Positions 40,018-53,362 of a stretch of 64,000 nucleotides of DNA are shown here, piece after piece (within the stretch, counting starts at the first letter, position 1; every line of letters starts with the position of its first letter). The position numbers were made by a program, and so were the translations under genes. The notes under the pieces were generated by a model. That model saw only the letters and a list, made by a program, of their open reading frames with translations, was not told the DNA's origin and did no database searches. This DNA is from Octopus vulgaris (lineage: Eukaryota). The DNA lies in assembly GCA_951406725.2 (NCBI GenBank), contig OX597839.1, positions 2,728,001-2,792,000 of the forward strand, written 5' to 3'.

Positions 40018-40385
40018 TCTATATATATAAATGGCAAAATGTCTGCGTGCGTGTCCTTTATACAAATCCACAATTTTTCAGTTAGAGGGCTTGGCACTTG
40101 CTATGGTCATTCAAAACTGTCCAAGGGTGGTCATGCACATCTTTACATTTCCCCAGTCACCCCACAAAGCCATTAAAAAATCAATAGAAGTGACTTTTTT
40201 TTTATGAATTTTTCTATCCAAAACCCAATCAAAATGCCCGAAACTTGATACACCAATTGAATGCCAGCTAGCTGTATGTGATTGGGCGGAGATTTGGACA
40301 GCACTCAGCGTGTATGTGCACACGCACGCAGCTGTATATGGATGCATTTGCACTATGACCCGGTGTTGCCGGGTCATAGTGCTAG
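40018..40385 (+). mobile_element. Non-autonomous Helitron-like element
   Basis: 5' TCtatatatataaa; 3' hairpin gcactatgacccgg-tgttg-ccgggtcatagtgc; terminal CTAG followed by T. Confidence 0.8.
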
Positions 40386-40399
40386 TATATATATATATA

Positions 40400-40795
40400 C
40401 TAGCAGTATCGCCCGGCGTTAAGCTCTAGTTGTAAGGGAAATAACTATATAAGCATTTTTAGAGAGTTATAGCCAAAAAATAGCAAAAAAATGCATTAAA
40501 AATTAAAAAAAAATTAAGGTAAATTTTTTTTTAAATCGTTGACACATCGTAGATATTTTTAGAGAGTTACTTCCCTTATATAAAAGCGAAAAAAATGCAT
40601 TAAAATGGAAAAATATGATGGTAAATTTTTTTAAATCGTAGACTCATCGTAGACGCGCGCTAATACCCAGAAGGGCTCGATATGAATCACGACTATAAGA
40701 TACCCGCTTTTGGTTAAACTGCACCGCAAAATGTGGGAGTAGTTACGAATCTAAATCGAAGGGGACAGACACACAACTTCACTTTTATATAAAGA
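40400..40795 (-). mobile_element. Non-autonomous Helitron-like element (second family)
   Basis: On the minus strand A|TCtttatata ... CTAG|T; termini resemble 56957-57342. Confidence 0.8.
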
Positions 40796-42784
40796 TGCTT
40801 TTTTTTCAGTCATAGAGTTAGATTTATGAAGGTCTTCAGTAGAAAATCCTTCGAATTCTGACTCGCTGCTTGATATAATGAAATTCGTATCCATTTTTTG
40901 TCAGAATTACAAATTTTGAAAACACAATAGGAACAAATTTCGGAAAAAAATCTCCCATAATTCACGGAATTAAAATTACACTTCGATTTTTGTACAAAAC
41001 TGTATTTGAAGTGTTTACGAAGTATAATACGTGTTTTCACGAATGTACTAAAAAGATTTACTCTGATATTCTCATTTAAATATGAATAGGTAAATTCGGG
41101 CGGTTTGGTAACAAAAGGGTTTATATAAGTGTCGTCTGTTTATACATAAACACTGTTTCATACTTTCAGTTTAGTCTTCCTCAAATCACTCTGTCGCTAA
41201 TTTACTCTCTTCCAAGAACATTTTCACTCACTCTTATCTGTTAGCTTCCCCATACATTTTACTCATGTATCTATCAGCGTGATAGACAGAAACAAATATT
41301 ACATCTAGTTTCACTTTATTCGTTGCACACTGTGTGTGTGCGTTTGCGTGTGGTGTAAACCAGACTAAGAAAAGCATTTGACACACACACCAGAATGTGA
41401 GTTTTCTGTAAATTTTGCTTAATTGGAGTTTAAATTTTAAAAACTGGACCTGGTATGACCCGATGCATTCTACTCTTAAAAATGCTAGGTAAATTGTAAT
41501 TGTGAAGAAATCCTATATTGTAGATTTCTATAACTCAAAGGGAGGCAGATAAAATCTGCCTTTGGCAGTCAAGAAGATACATATGTGTGTGTGTGTGTTT
41601 TGTAAATCCTTTTTCCATAATGTTTTCAAGAGATGTCTCCAAGAATGCCTGTTGTCTTTTAACAAATACTGCCTTTCACTTGTTTCAGCCATTAGACTGT
41701 GGCCGTGCTTGGGCACTGCCTGGAAAAGTTTAGTCTAACAAATATATCCCTCCCTCTTCCCACTACTTGTTTTTAAAGTCTAATTCTTATTATGTTTGTT
41801 ACATCTCTTTGTCAAACTGCTTTTGTTATTACAGGGACATAAACAAACCAACACCAACTGCCAAGTGGTGGTGAAAGGGAAGAGACAAAAACACATACAT
41901 ACAACATATGCATATACAATGGGCTTCCACACAGTTTCCTTTTATGAAATTCATTTAAAAGCCTGGGGCTATAATAGAAGATACGTGTCCACAGTGCCAC
42001 ACAGTGAGATTGAAACCCCAACCCATGCAGTTACAAAGCAAACTTATTAACAGCACATCTATGTCTGCACCTCTACTTATTGAATTTGTCATCAGTCTGT
42101 CTCTTCTGCTGTTCATGAAAATTTAAATTCTCAAAAATGCTAAAAATAATAAAAACTCTTTCTTCCCTCTTTTTGTGAACTGGAAATATTTGAAATGGGA
42201 TGAGAAATGGAATTTATTTTGTTTTCTAATGTTTCTTTTGCTATTTTAAGCATTATTTTCTCTTCTATATTCTTTGTCCATGCTGGCATGATGAATAGGA
42301 TAGTTTTTTTTGTGTGTGATTAAAAATTGCTTATTTGCATATAGATTGAACTAGCAAATATTTCTCATAGCTAAAATGCCCACCCAGATGTAAATTTTCG
42401 GGTAGATCAATAGATTGACAATGTCACTCAAGGCAATATGCTAATTTTATATTTCTATTTATTCATTTATATATTTATTTATTTTATTTTCACATGGATT
42501 GTGTGGAATAAATCTAATGCTGCTAGCAAGAGTTGAACTTGAACCTGTCATCTTGTTGACAAAAATAATAGATTACAAAATTATCATCTTGGCTAATGTA
42601 TTTTTCATTTGAATCTTTTACTCTTTTATACTCCAGTGAAGGCATGTGGCTTAATGGTTAGGGGTACGCAGCTCATGATCGTAAGACCGTAAGTTTGATA
42701 CCAGGCAGTGTGTTGTGTCCTTGAGCAAGACGCATTATTTCGCATTGCCCCAGTCCACTCAGCTAGCAAAAATAAGTAATACCT

Positions 42785-43003
42785 ATTTCTTTACTACCCA
42801 CAAGGGGCTAAACACAGAGGGGACAAACAAGGACAGACAAACGGATTAAGCCGATTACACTGACCCCAGTGCGTAACTGGTACTTATTTAATCGGCCCTG
42901 AGAGGATGAAAGGCAAAGTCAACCTCGGCGGAATTTGAACTCAGAACGTAGCAACAGACGAAATACTGCTAAGCATTTCGCTCAGTGTGCCAACGTTTCT
43001 ACC
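42785..43003 (-). mobile_element. SINE family B inserted in a family D SINE
   Basis: TSD aaat(a/g)agtaatacct at 42770-42784 and 43004-43018. Confidence 0.88.
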
Positions 43004-45107
43004 AAATGAGTAATACCTGTAATCGAAAAGGGTCAGCCAGCCTTGTCACGTCCTCTGTCACATTGGGAACTACAGAGTGCTCAGCCACCTGTACGTTAAT
43101 TTCATGAGCAGGCTGTTCTGTTGTTCCATTGATGAACTGGAACACTTGTCATCATAACCGATTGAGTATCAGTATGTATGTTTACACCCCAATATGACTT
43201 AGAGTTTGCTGGCTTCAGTTATCAGGTTTTAGTCATGCTGGAGCATTGTCATAATAATGTTCTTTTTTATCTCTTGAATTGAACTCAAGTTGCCTAGCTG
43301 ATACCCAGGCATCTTAGGTTCATGATAAATACGTGTGTGTATGTTCTTTTTCTGGTTTTAATCGTTTAAATTCTTCCTTTGAAGAAGGAGTGGATTTCTA
43401 ACAAAGATACAAAGCTCTCTCTTTGGAATGTAAATAATGTAAACAATGTCATGTTAAACTTGAGAAAAGTCTTGCTTAGTTTTACTGTTCTACTTATAGA
43501 TTGTAATTGTAATGTATGAGTCAGTTGGTTGATTTCTTTTCCTGAAAATCCAAGCTTATCCAGATTGACAGTTTGGCATTTACTTACAAAACCAAGTACA
43601 ACAATTATTATTGGTATAAATATAAATTTGTTGTCCAGATGTGTATGAGTAAATTGCACCAATGCAAAAGAGTATAGTATAATATATTAAACTCACACAC
43701 ACAACAAGTATCTCCACAGTTTCTGTCCATGAAAAACATTTTGATCGCAAGTCATTAGTCAACCTGAAACTATAACAGGAGACAATTGCTCAAAGTACCA
43801 TGCTGTGGGATTGAACCTGAAACCACATGGTTGAAAAGTGAACTGCCTAAATACTCTGCCTTGTCTATACCCATTAATCTATGATAAAAAATGCTCCAGC
43901 TGTGTGCACCCTATCTTTTTCGTTTTTCTGGAAAAATATCTTTAGAATCACAAATGACATTGTATCCTCCCTGTTCTTTTAAGAGAGATTTGGTTTTTAT
44001 TTCTAGCATATTGCACAGCCGCATATATGCTGCCTTGTTAGCTCGTATCTCAACTAATCTCTTCTCTGTGCGTATCATATCGCACGCTAAGTGTCATAAA
44101 ATTATTCCTTCCTGGGTATCTCGATGATGTATGTCTTGCTTGGTATCACATTGAAAAATATGCTATGCTCTCTTCAGGAAGAGTGTCTGGGCTGAAAAAC
44201 ACCTTATCTTGGCAAACTGTCTTGTCTTATTTACTTTTGCAGCTGTAATGAGTTTATTTCTATTGGTATGGAGTACCATTCCAGTATCACAATATTTATT
44301 TATTAGCTACTGTTTGTGTATGTCTGCATGTTTGTGTATATGTATGTATGTATGTATGTATGTGCTTCAGCTGTTGGTAACATGGAATACAAGTATAGCT
44401 TGTACAGTTGTGTAATTGAGATGAATATTAGTCGACTTGGAATTGTTATTACAGACCCCTCCTTCATCTCCTTTTTCTTAAGTACAGGGCTAATTTTTAA
44501 TGAGTACCTATAAAGAAAAGCAAAAGGTGATATCAGCCAGTTCAAACTTTAAACAGACAGACAGACAGACATAGAGACATACATATAATTGCTATCATCC
44601 GGAACTATGCTGTTATTATTACAAAAGATATAATTAGATGTATGTAAAATAAGATGAGTTGTGTGTGTGTGTGTGTGTGTGTAAGAGAGGCAAGGTCTGA
44701 TAATTTCAGGTAAGGAAGGCCTTTCTTTGAAACATCTTCGAAGAACTCTTCTTACCTAAAATGTTAGAAATTACTCACCTCTTCACATAGGATGCATCCA
44801 ACTAGTTTGGGTAACTCCATGCTAGGCATGGGTAGTTTTTTATGAGAAATGGGTAACAATCGACATGGCTAATCATCTAGCTGGCTGCACTACCAAAAAA
44901 ATTCAAGCTAATTTTCCATTGGCATGCCATTTGACCTGAAAGCTACAGTTTGCTCATGGCTCTATGTTACCTGAATTCATAGAAATAGCAGTTAAATCTT
45001 CCATAGATCATCATTAAGTGTCTTTAACCTTTAGCACACTTAGGTGCATCATGGCACTATGAGTTTTCTCCCCTGTGGCTGCAAGCACATTGTGTCACAT
45101 TGAAAGG

Positions 45108-45207
45108 NNNNNNNNNNNNNNNNNNNNNNNNNNNNNNNNNNNNNNNNNNNNNNNNNNNNNNNNNNNNNNNNNNNNNNNNNNNNNNNNNNNNNNNNNNNNN
45201 NNNNNNN
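45108..45207. other. Assembly gap (100 N)
   Basis: Run of exactly 100 N. Confidence 0.99.
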
Positions 45208-46070
45208 TTGAAAGGGGGAAAATCTTGTACTGCAACAAGAGGCGTCTACAGTGTGCTAAAGGTTAAAATAACAGTTACAATGGCTAATGTAACCCTATGG
45301 TCTGGTGGTCCTGTCGCTAGAAGATGGTAGAGGGGTTCATTCACCTGCTTGCAATAGATATTGGATGCAGATTGCATTGATTAATCAGCTGAGGAGGCGT
45401 CCACCTGGGATTAGAATTTTAGTAACGTCAGTTCCTCTGGAACAGCCTTGTTGAAGTGGTAATAAACACACACACACACACACACGCACACACACACATA
45501 CTTATGTGCACACATATAGATTTTAAAATTAAGACTGGATGAGGGCACCTAAAACTAGAATACTTTTTTGCTCAACTCTTTAGCATTTAAACTGGCCAGA
45601 TCCAGCCTCTCTCACCTACCCTACAATGTCACTAAAAATAAATGATCACATCATCAAAATCTCAAAGCTGCAGCATAATGCATGATTAATTCAAAACAAT
45701 TTGAACAAGCAAACATTTCATTTGATAGAGTAATATGAATGCCGAAGGGTTTTAGAGAGCGAAACAATTATACCCATCTCACTATTTAATGTAAATATTG
45801 TTCCAGTATGATGTCTGCATAGAATGTTTTAAGAAGCCATTTCTTCAGTTTCTTAATTTGTCTGTTGATAACATAATCCCTCTGGATGAGTTTTGTTTGC
45901 ATTAAAGAGAGTATTAATACACCTTAATTGATAATCCAATCAAAAGAAAGCAACTTAGATATATTTTATTATCTACTTAATATATAATTTTGGTATTTAT
46001 ATGTTTTCTAGCCACAAGGGAAGGAAGCTGTGTACTTAATAAATAGTACCAAATTATGAACATCTCTGAT

Positions 46071-46103
<33 letters not shown>

Positions 46104-46112
46104 ATATATATG

Positions 46113-46495
46113 GGTGCATGTGTGGTGAGAAGCTTACTTCCCAATCACATGGTTCTGGGTTCAGTCCCACTGCATGACATCTTTGGCAACTGTCTTCTAC
46201 TGTAGCTTCAGGCCAATCCAAGCCTTGTGAGTGGATTTGGTAGAAAGAAACTGAAAGAAGCCTGTCATATATATACATACATATGGATATGTGTGTCTGT
46301 GTTGGTTCCCGCACCACAGCTTGACAACCAGTGTTGACATGTTTACATCCCTGTAACTTAGTGGTTTGGCAAAACAGACCAATAGAATAAGTACCAGGTT
46401 TTAAAAAATGTGCTGGGGTAGATTCAGTCGACTAAAAATTCTTCAAGGCAGTGCCCCAGCATGGCCACAGTCTAATAACTGAAACAAAAGATTCA
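46113..46495 (+). mobile_element. SINE family A
   Basis: Same modules as 10061-10460. Confidence 0.85.
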
Positions 46496-47586
46496 AGATC
46501 CTTTACCTGTATGTAGATCCAAGTTTGTAGTAGATATGAGTATAAGGCAGTTGTTCTTTACACTCTTTTACAAGTGTTAATACAGAGAATAATTGTGATA
46601 TTAAAAAAAAGAAACAAAAAATGAGCTACAGCTTTTTTTTTCTCTTATGTATTTATTTATATTGCTTTTTGGTTAATTAGTATGTATTACTTATTATTGT
46701 TTAGTAGCTGCACTGTTGACCGAGCAGTAATTAGTTAGCACCATAAATTGTTTGCGATTATGTTTCAGTTTCCTAATAATGTGTGTTCGGCTATGTAATA
46801 GCCACGTGTAATTGGTGGCTTTTCAAATAGCTGTGATTTAGGTTTCCTATTTGGTATTTTCGTGTCAGTGACTGAGACAAAACGGAAAGAGATACAATTT
46901 CGTAAATGTTTTGTTTCTCTATTCATGTTGAAGCAAGATTTTATTCTAACTCTTTAGCCTTCAGCATTCTCTGTCAAATTTGTTGCCTATTTATTCATAT
47001 TGCTTTGAATTTATCCTGCTTTAGCTTCTTGCTTTGAGATTTCGACGATGTGATTGTTTATTTTTAGAATGACATTGTAGTTTAGGTGTGAGAAGCCTGA
47101 TCTGGTCAGTTTGAACATAAAAGAGGCAAGTTTGCTTCCCAACCATGTAGTTTTGGCTCCAGTCCTCTCGTGTGGAACCTTGGGCAAGTGTCTTCCACTA
47201 TTCTATACTATTGGCCATGGGCTGAACAAAGCCTTGTGAGTAGATTTGGTAGATGGAAACTGAAAGAAGCCTGTTGTATACATATATATGTGTCTCCTTG
47301 TTTTGACATCATGTGATAGTTGTAAATGAGTGACACTATCATATAAGCAAATTGGAAATTATTCATTTCCAATATTCTGCAAAAATGTTTCTGGCTATGG
47401 GTAAATATTACCTTGCTTGAAAACAGGTGAGGGTTAGAAAAAGAATGGCATTTAGTCAGAAAATCTGCATCAATAAACACCATCCAATTCATACAAGCAT
47501 GGAACAGTGGATGTTTGAGGGTAATGATAAATATATTCTACTCATCAAAGTAAAATGCTGACTTTTAATTACTATCTCATTAACTG

Positions 47587-47808
47587 GAGCTGGCAGAACC
47601 GTTAGAACGCCGGGCGAAATGCGTAGCCGTATTTCGTCTGCCGTTATGTTCTGAGTTCAAATTCCACCGAGGTCGACTTTGCCTTTCATCCTTTCGGGGT
47701 CGATAAATTAAGTACCAGTTATGCACTGGGGTCGATGTAATCGACTTAATCCATTTATCTGTCGTTGTTTGTCTCCTCTATGTTTAGCCCCTTGTGGCTA
47801 ATAAAGAA
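47587..47808 (+). mobile_element. SINE family B
   Basis: Tail gtttagccccttgtggctaataaagaaac. Confidence 0.88.
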
Positions 47809-48299
47809 ACAGATATTCGTGTGTTGTGTATATGTATGTGTTATCATATATGTATTCTGTAGCACATTCAAGATGCTTTTCTTATTTTGTTGCCACTTGT
47901 GGAGAAATTTCAGAATTAGGGAAACAAGTATTGCATGGAGAATTTTAGTGAAAAAAAAAAGAAAAAACATCTGGTAATCTTCAAAATAACTGAAATTCAT
48001 GCTGCAGTCAATTATGGAGTAACTTTAGTAGAGCAGACTTTTTATTCTTGGTTTATGCTTCAGCACAAAAATCTCATTCTGATTTGCCAACTTTAGAATA
48101 TTAGAATTTTGCCTGGCAATTTTCAGGCTGTTGTTACTGTTAATAAATAAAGTTTTGCAATTGATGGGTCATTGTTGTTTAGCCTCAGAACAAGTAGAAC
48201 TATTGTATAAAACATTTCAGTCTTGGCCATCACATATTTTATTCTGACACATTGTGTCAGTCACTGAAGGGTTTAGTCAAACCCTTTGAGGGTTTAGTT

Positions 48300-48514
48300 C
48301 AGGGTTTCTCAATCATTTTTTATCTATGGGCCTCTTTGATTCCTCCTAGCCATTTGATATTTTTAAAAGCTCCTATTATATTTTTATAATTAAATACTAT
48401 TAGGAATTGTATGAAAATAATTATTAAAATATTTTGTGTATTGTTGAAGTATAACCAATTTATTGGAGGTAAATTTTAACAACAAAATCTTATATGGACC
48501 CCAGTTGAGAACCA
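48300..48514. mobile_element. hAT-like MITE (uninterrupted relative of 56840-57451)
   Basis: cagggtttctcaatc ... gttgagaaccac. Confidence 0.75.
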
Positions 48515-49538
48515 CCTCATTCCAGTTCTAATTTTTTAAGTCTGGTACTTATTCTCCAGGTATCTTTTGCTGAACCAATAATGTTATGGGAACATAAACA
48601 AGCCAACATTGGTTGTCAATTAGTAGTGGCAGGACAAATACATTCACTCACTCTCTCTTTCACACACACACATATGCACACACTCAACAGGCTTCTATGC
48701 AGTTTCCATCACCTAAAATCACATGGCATTCAATTCTTTTGGGGGTCGATAAGATAAGCTCCAGTTAATCACTGGGGTTGATGTCATCAGCTTAGTTCCT
48801 CTTCCCTGAAATTTCTGGCCTTGTGCCAAAATTTGAAGCCAATATTTATTTAACCCTTTCATTTCCAAATTTCTCTTTAAATATGCTGCTTTTGTTTTAA
48901 TTAATTTTGGAAATAATAAAGAATTTCGTAAAATAATTTATTGTTATTAAACTGATGGTTGGTCATGTGATAAGAAGCTTGCTTCCCAATCACTTGGCTC
49001 TTGGTTCAGGCCCAAGTGTCTTCTACTGTAGCCCCAGGATGACCAAAGCTTGAGAGTGGATTTTGTAGTTGGAAACTGAAAGAAGCCCGTCATATATATT
49101 TATGTGTGTGTGTGTCTTTGTGTTTTTCTCCCGTCACCATATGACAACTAAAATTGGTTATTTTTGATGTCTCCATAACTTAACAGTTCAGCAAAAGTAA
49201 CTGATAGAACCAAACTTAGAAAAAAGAAGAAGTACTGGGTCAATTTGTTCAACTGAAACTCTTCAAAGTTGGTGCTCTGGCAATCTGGTGGGCTGCAATC
49301 TGATGATTGAAGCAAAATATAAAGCAAGATAAAAATGGAATTTTAATGGAAGGTTTTGATCAAAAACAACCATTTTTATCATTTAACCAGGGTGGTCCTG
49401 GGCGTGTTGATATTAAAAGGGTTAATTACATTAACAAGTTTATATTTTGTGTGCAGCACTGCTCCTCTTCCCTAGTCCCTTATGTATATTTTCTTTTTGT
49501 TGATGACTAATTTTTGTCCCTTTTTTCCTCTCTCTCAG

Positions 49539-49608
49539 AGTTGTCAAAGAAGAAATAGTGGATGATGAATCACACTTACCGTGTTTTAATGGCAGAGTTG
49601 TATCTTGG
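49539..49608 (+). CDS. dvl: Internal coding exon (70 nt, phase 2 to phase 0) of dishevelled, C-terminal part of the DIX domain
   Basis: Translates (G)[23 protein letters not shown], matching the Dishevelled DIX motif [25 protein letters not shown]. It has a branch-like TGACTAAT at 49504-49511, a polypyrimidine tract, a CAG acceptor at 49536-49538 and a consensus GTAAGT donor at 49609. Confidence 0.96.
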
Positions 49609-50080
49609 GTAAGTCCCGGTTTCACTTATTGGCTTGTTTTTATTATTTTTTTCTTATTTTATTTTTATTTTATTTTATATTTTTCCTTCTCTCATTTCTT
49701 TCTGAACAGTTTTAAGCAGACAGAACCTGGCATAACTTTCTGGCTTGCATGTTCTTGTCAAACTGTCCAACATGGAAAAAAAGGATGGTAAATGATAATA
49801 ATAATGCTGGTATGGATTAGACAGTTTGACCGGAACTAGTAAGCCGGATAGCTGCGCCAGGCTCCAGTCTGATTTGACATGATTTGTATGACTGGATGCC
49901 CTTCCTAATGCCAACCTAATGATGATGGTAATGATTCATAAGCATGGCAGTGTAGTTAAGAAGCTTAGTTTGCAAACATGTGGTTTTGGGTTCAATTCCA
50001 TTGCATGTCACTTTGGGGCATTGACCAATGCTTTGTGAGTGAAATTGGTAGAGGAAGACTGTGTGGAAGCCCATTGTACG

Positions 50081-50113
<33 letters not shown>

Positions 50114-50598
50114 ATGTGTTACTGTCTCCTTTCCTTGACATCGTGTGATGTTTGTAAATGAGTGTCACTGTTATGCAAGCAGTATCCTTTATCTGCTCTC
50201 TTTTGAGACATGCCTGGTCATGAGAAAATATTACCTTACTTGGAAACAGGTAACCAACTGATGAATATATACACATATACATGTAACTGTGTGAGGGCAC
50301 ATGGCTCAGTGGTTATCTTGTGTATATATCAGCGTGTGCGTGTGTATATATATATATATATATATATATTTATACAAAAACTCAAAGATAGTACTTCACT
50401 GTGCTGCACTGTACTGCAATAACAGATTAGTCTCATTTGCATGTATTCGTCCGCAAATAACAAGAATCAACTCTGACTGCAGAGAAATAAACAAAGGTTA
50501 CTACGTGCATTGAATACGTTTATACTTTTTCTCTTATTTGTATTCTCAAATGAATGTGCATATACACACGCACATATATTATAACAATTTCATTGTGG

Positions 50599-50643
50599 AA
50601 TATAATATAATATAATATAATATAATATAATATAATATAATAC
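50599..50643. repeat. (TATAA)n pentanucleotide repeat
   Basis: About 8-9 perfect units. Confidence 0.95.
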
Positions 50644-51970
50644 AATCATTTAAAATGCAGACAAACCTTGAATAAAATATTTCCTTTTGTTGTCTTTCCT
50701 TATAAATTATATGTCAAGGTCGTAGATATACAATAATTTTTATGACACTTTATTTATGACAATTATTTCACGAAATAAAATAGACAGCAGTGAATATAGT
50801 GGCATGTACTCTGTGCTCGTGCTTGTATTTTAAATGGCTGTCGTGACTTGTCCACAATGTACAAAGGTTTGTTTTCAACACATGATCATTGATAAAGACA
50901 ACTGGTAAACTAATACAATTTGAAACATTCATATATATATATATATATGAATTGCCAACATGGAAGACAGACATTAATTGATGATGATGATCATATATAT
51001 ATAAATATGTATGTATAATGTAAATGGTAAAGTTGTCATAATATGATATTCACTTAAAATTATAAGATAAGAAAAGTCAACAGAACCTTAGTGCATATAT
51101 CTTATATATACATGCATGCTCACACATATACTCATAGTATGTGTGTATGTGACACCTTGGACAGGTGTTTTCTGCTTTGGCCCCAGGGCAATCTTGTGAG
51201 TGGTTTTGGATCTGTTCCATCTCATGCACAGATTTCTTAATTAATTTTTTTTTAACTAAACACTTTGAAACTTTGGATACTGGTAGAATGTGTCACGTAG
51301 AACAGGGTAAACCCTTTTCTACGTAGAACAGGGTAAACCCATTCTACATTCTCTTAATGTTTTTGACAAAATTTTGTATTTTTAAAGTTACTTCGTGTTA
51401 AAATTGTCGTATTTGGGTAATTTTTACCAATCAATGACGTGTATTCTGCTGAAGAAAATTACTGCTGCTGTTTGTGAACAACTTCCGGGTCCATTGAGAA
51501 ACCGATGTATGTTCAACAGCAGAAAAATTTAAACTGAAAATCTCCCCTGACACCCTGCCCCCAAACATACACCCATGCCAACATCAAACACAAACATTCA
51601 ATGATGATGATGATATGTATATATTTGTATGTATCATCATCATCGTTTAACGTCTGCTTTCCGCGCTAGCACGGTGTGTGTCACATGAGTAATGTCATTC
51701 AATTCCAGTGTTCTATGAGAACATGCCTGGCCACAGGGAAAATCTTACCTTACTTGGAACAGGTCAGCATTGGTCACAGGAGAGTCAATGACTATTGAAA
51801 AGGTTGCAAGACACAATGAAAATTTTAGGGAAAATAAATAAGTAAATGAGTGGAAATTTTACCAGTGAGTGTGTTAGTTCTTTTATCTTCGTGGATCTTT
51901 TGTTGGGCATTTAGAGTTGTCATTGTTGAAATTTTGGTTTACCTAATACAAGATAAGGGGGCAGGGCAAG

Positions 51971-52070
51971 ACTACTACTACCACCACCACCACCACCACC
52001 ACCACCACCACTACTACTACTACTACCACCACCACCACCACCACCACCGCTGCGCTGCTGCTGCTGCTGC
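51971..52070. repeat. Compound (TAC)/(CAC)/(GCT) trinucleotide repeat
   Basis: Direct inspection. Confidence 0.95.
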
Positions 52071-53136
52071 ATCAACAGTCATCCCTCCCTTTAAAAAGTA
52101 AAAGAGAAGTGAAAAGCTGGTAGTGGTGGGGAAAGGGGAGACCAGGGCTAGGGAGGTGTTGATGAGTGGATGATAGGGTAGTAGGGAGGGGATTTGCACT
52201 AAATACAAAGGGAATTTTTTGTGGCTTTTCAAAAGTGCTGCCATCAACCCCCCCCCCACCTTAACATCTGTTGACAATAATAACCCCCCCTACTCTTGCC
52301 CCCTCATAGTATTTTTCTTGACAACCAACCAACCAGCCAGATTAATAATTTCTGTGACACACCACCCCTCCTCCTCCCATCTTGTAACTTGTTTAGAAAT
52401 GTTTACAGTTTGTGTGTGTATATGTCTGTATGTGTATGCACATGTAAGTGTGCATGTCTGTATGCACATGTAGGTGTGCCTGTACAAGTGTACTTATGAA
52501 GCAGTATAATCCACTATGTGGTTGCTTGGCCTGTTAGAAATGACAGCCAAATTTCCTGTAAATCCTTATTGGCATAGAAGAAAAGAATAGCATATTAGAA
52601 AATGCAATCTTAGATACGAACAGGCTATATCCAGCTTCTCACACTTACCCTATAATGTCATTCTGAAAATGATAAACACATCATCAAAATCTCGATGCTA
52701 TAAGTTAAAACGTGATTAATTCATAACAATCATCATCATCATTTAACATCCGTTTTCCATGTTGTCATGGGTTGGATGGTTTGACCGGAGCTGGCAAGCT
52801 GGAAGGCTGCACCAGACTCCAATCTGATTTGGTATGGTTTCTATGGCTGGATGCCCTTCCTAATGCCGACCACTCCAAGAGTGTAATGAGTGCTTTTACA
52901 TGCCATTTGTGTGACACCAGTGTCTGCCACGACTGCGATTTTACTTGGCTTGATGGGTCTTCTTCTCAAGCATGGCATAATGCCAAAGGTTTCGGTCATT
53001 CATCTTTACCTCTGTGAGGCCCAACACTTGAAATTTGCTTTTCATGTGCCACTCACTGGCAATGGCCGCTTTGCTTCCTTGAGGCCCAATGCTCGAAAGG
53101 TGCTTTTTACTTGCCAGTGGCACCAAGCTGTCTTAA

Positions 53137-53362
53137 GGCAGCGAGCTGGCAGAAATGTTAGCACGCGGGGTGAAATGCTTAAAGGTATTTCGTCTGCCAT
53201 TACATTCTGGGTTCAAATTCCACCAAGGTCGACTTTGCCTTTCATCCTTTCGGAGTCGATTAAATAAGTACCAGTTACGCACTGGGGTCGATGTAATCGA
53301 CTTAATCCCTTTGTCCTTGTTTGTCCCCTCTGTGTTTAGCCCCTTGTGGGTAGTAAAGAAAT
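53137..53362 (+). mobile_element. Full-length SINE family B
   Basis: Head ggcagcgagctggcag, tail gtagtaaagaaat. Confidence 0.88.

Noticed and set aside
43880-44230. Possible additional Penelope-like fragment
   Set aside because: Only a vague gatgatg...ttgaaa resemblance; I could not recover a protein motif.
49558-49791. 77-aa ORF as a standalone gene
   Set aside because: Only the first 17 codons are real; the rest is intron read-through past the GTAAGT donor.
51850-52101. His/Ala homopolymer ORF (also poly-L/P at 36473 and poly-Q-like repeats near 56620)
   Set aside because: Trinucleotide microsatellites with no splice signals or domain context.
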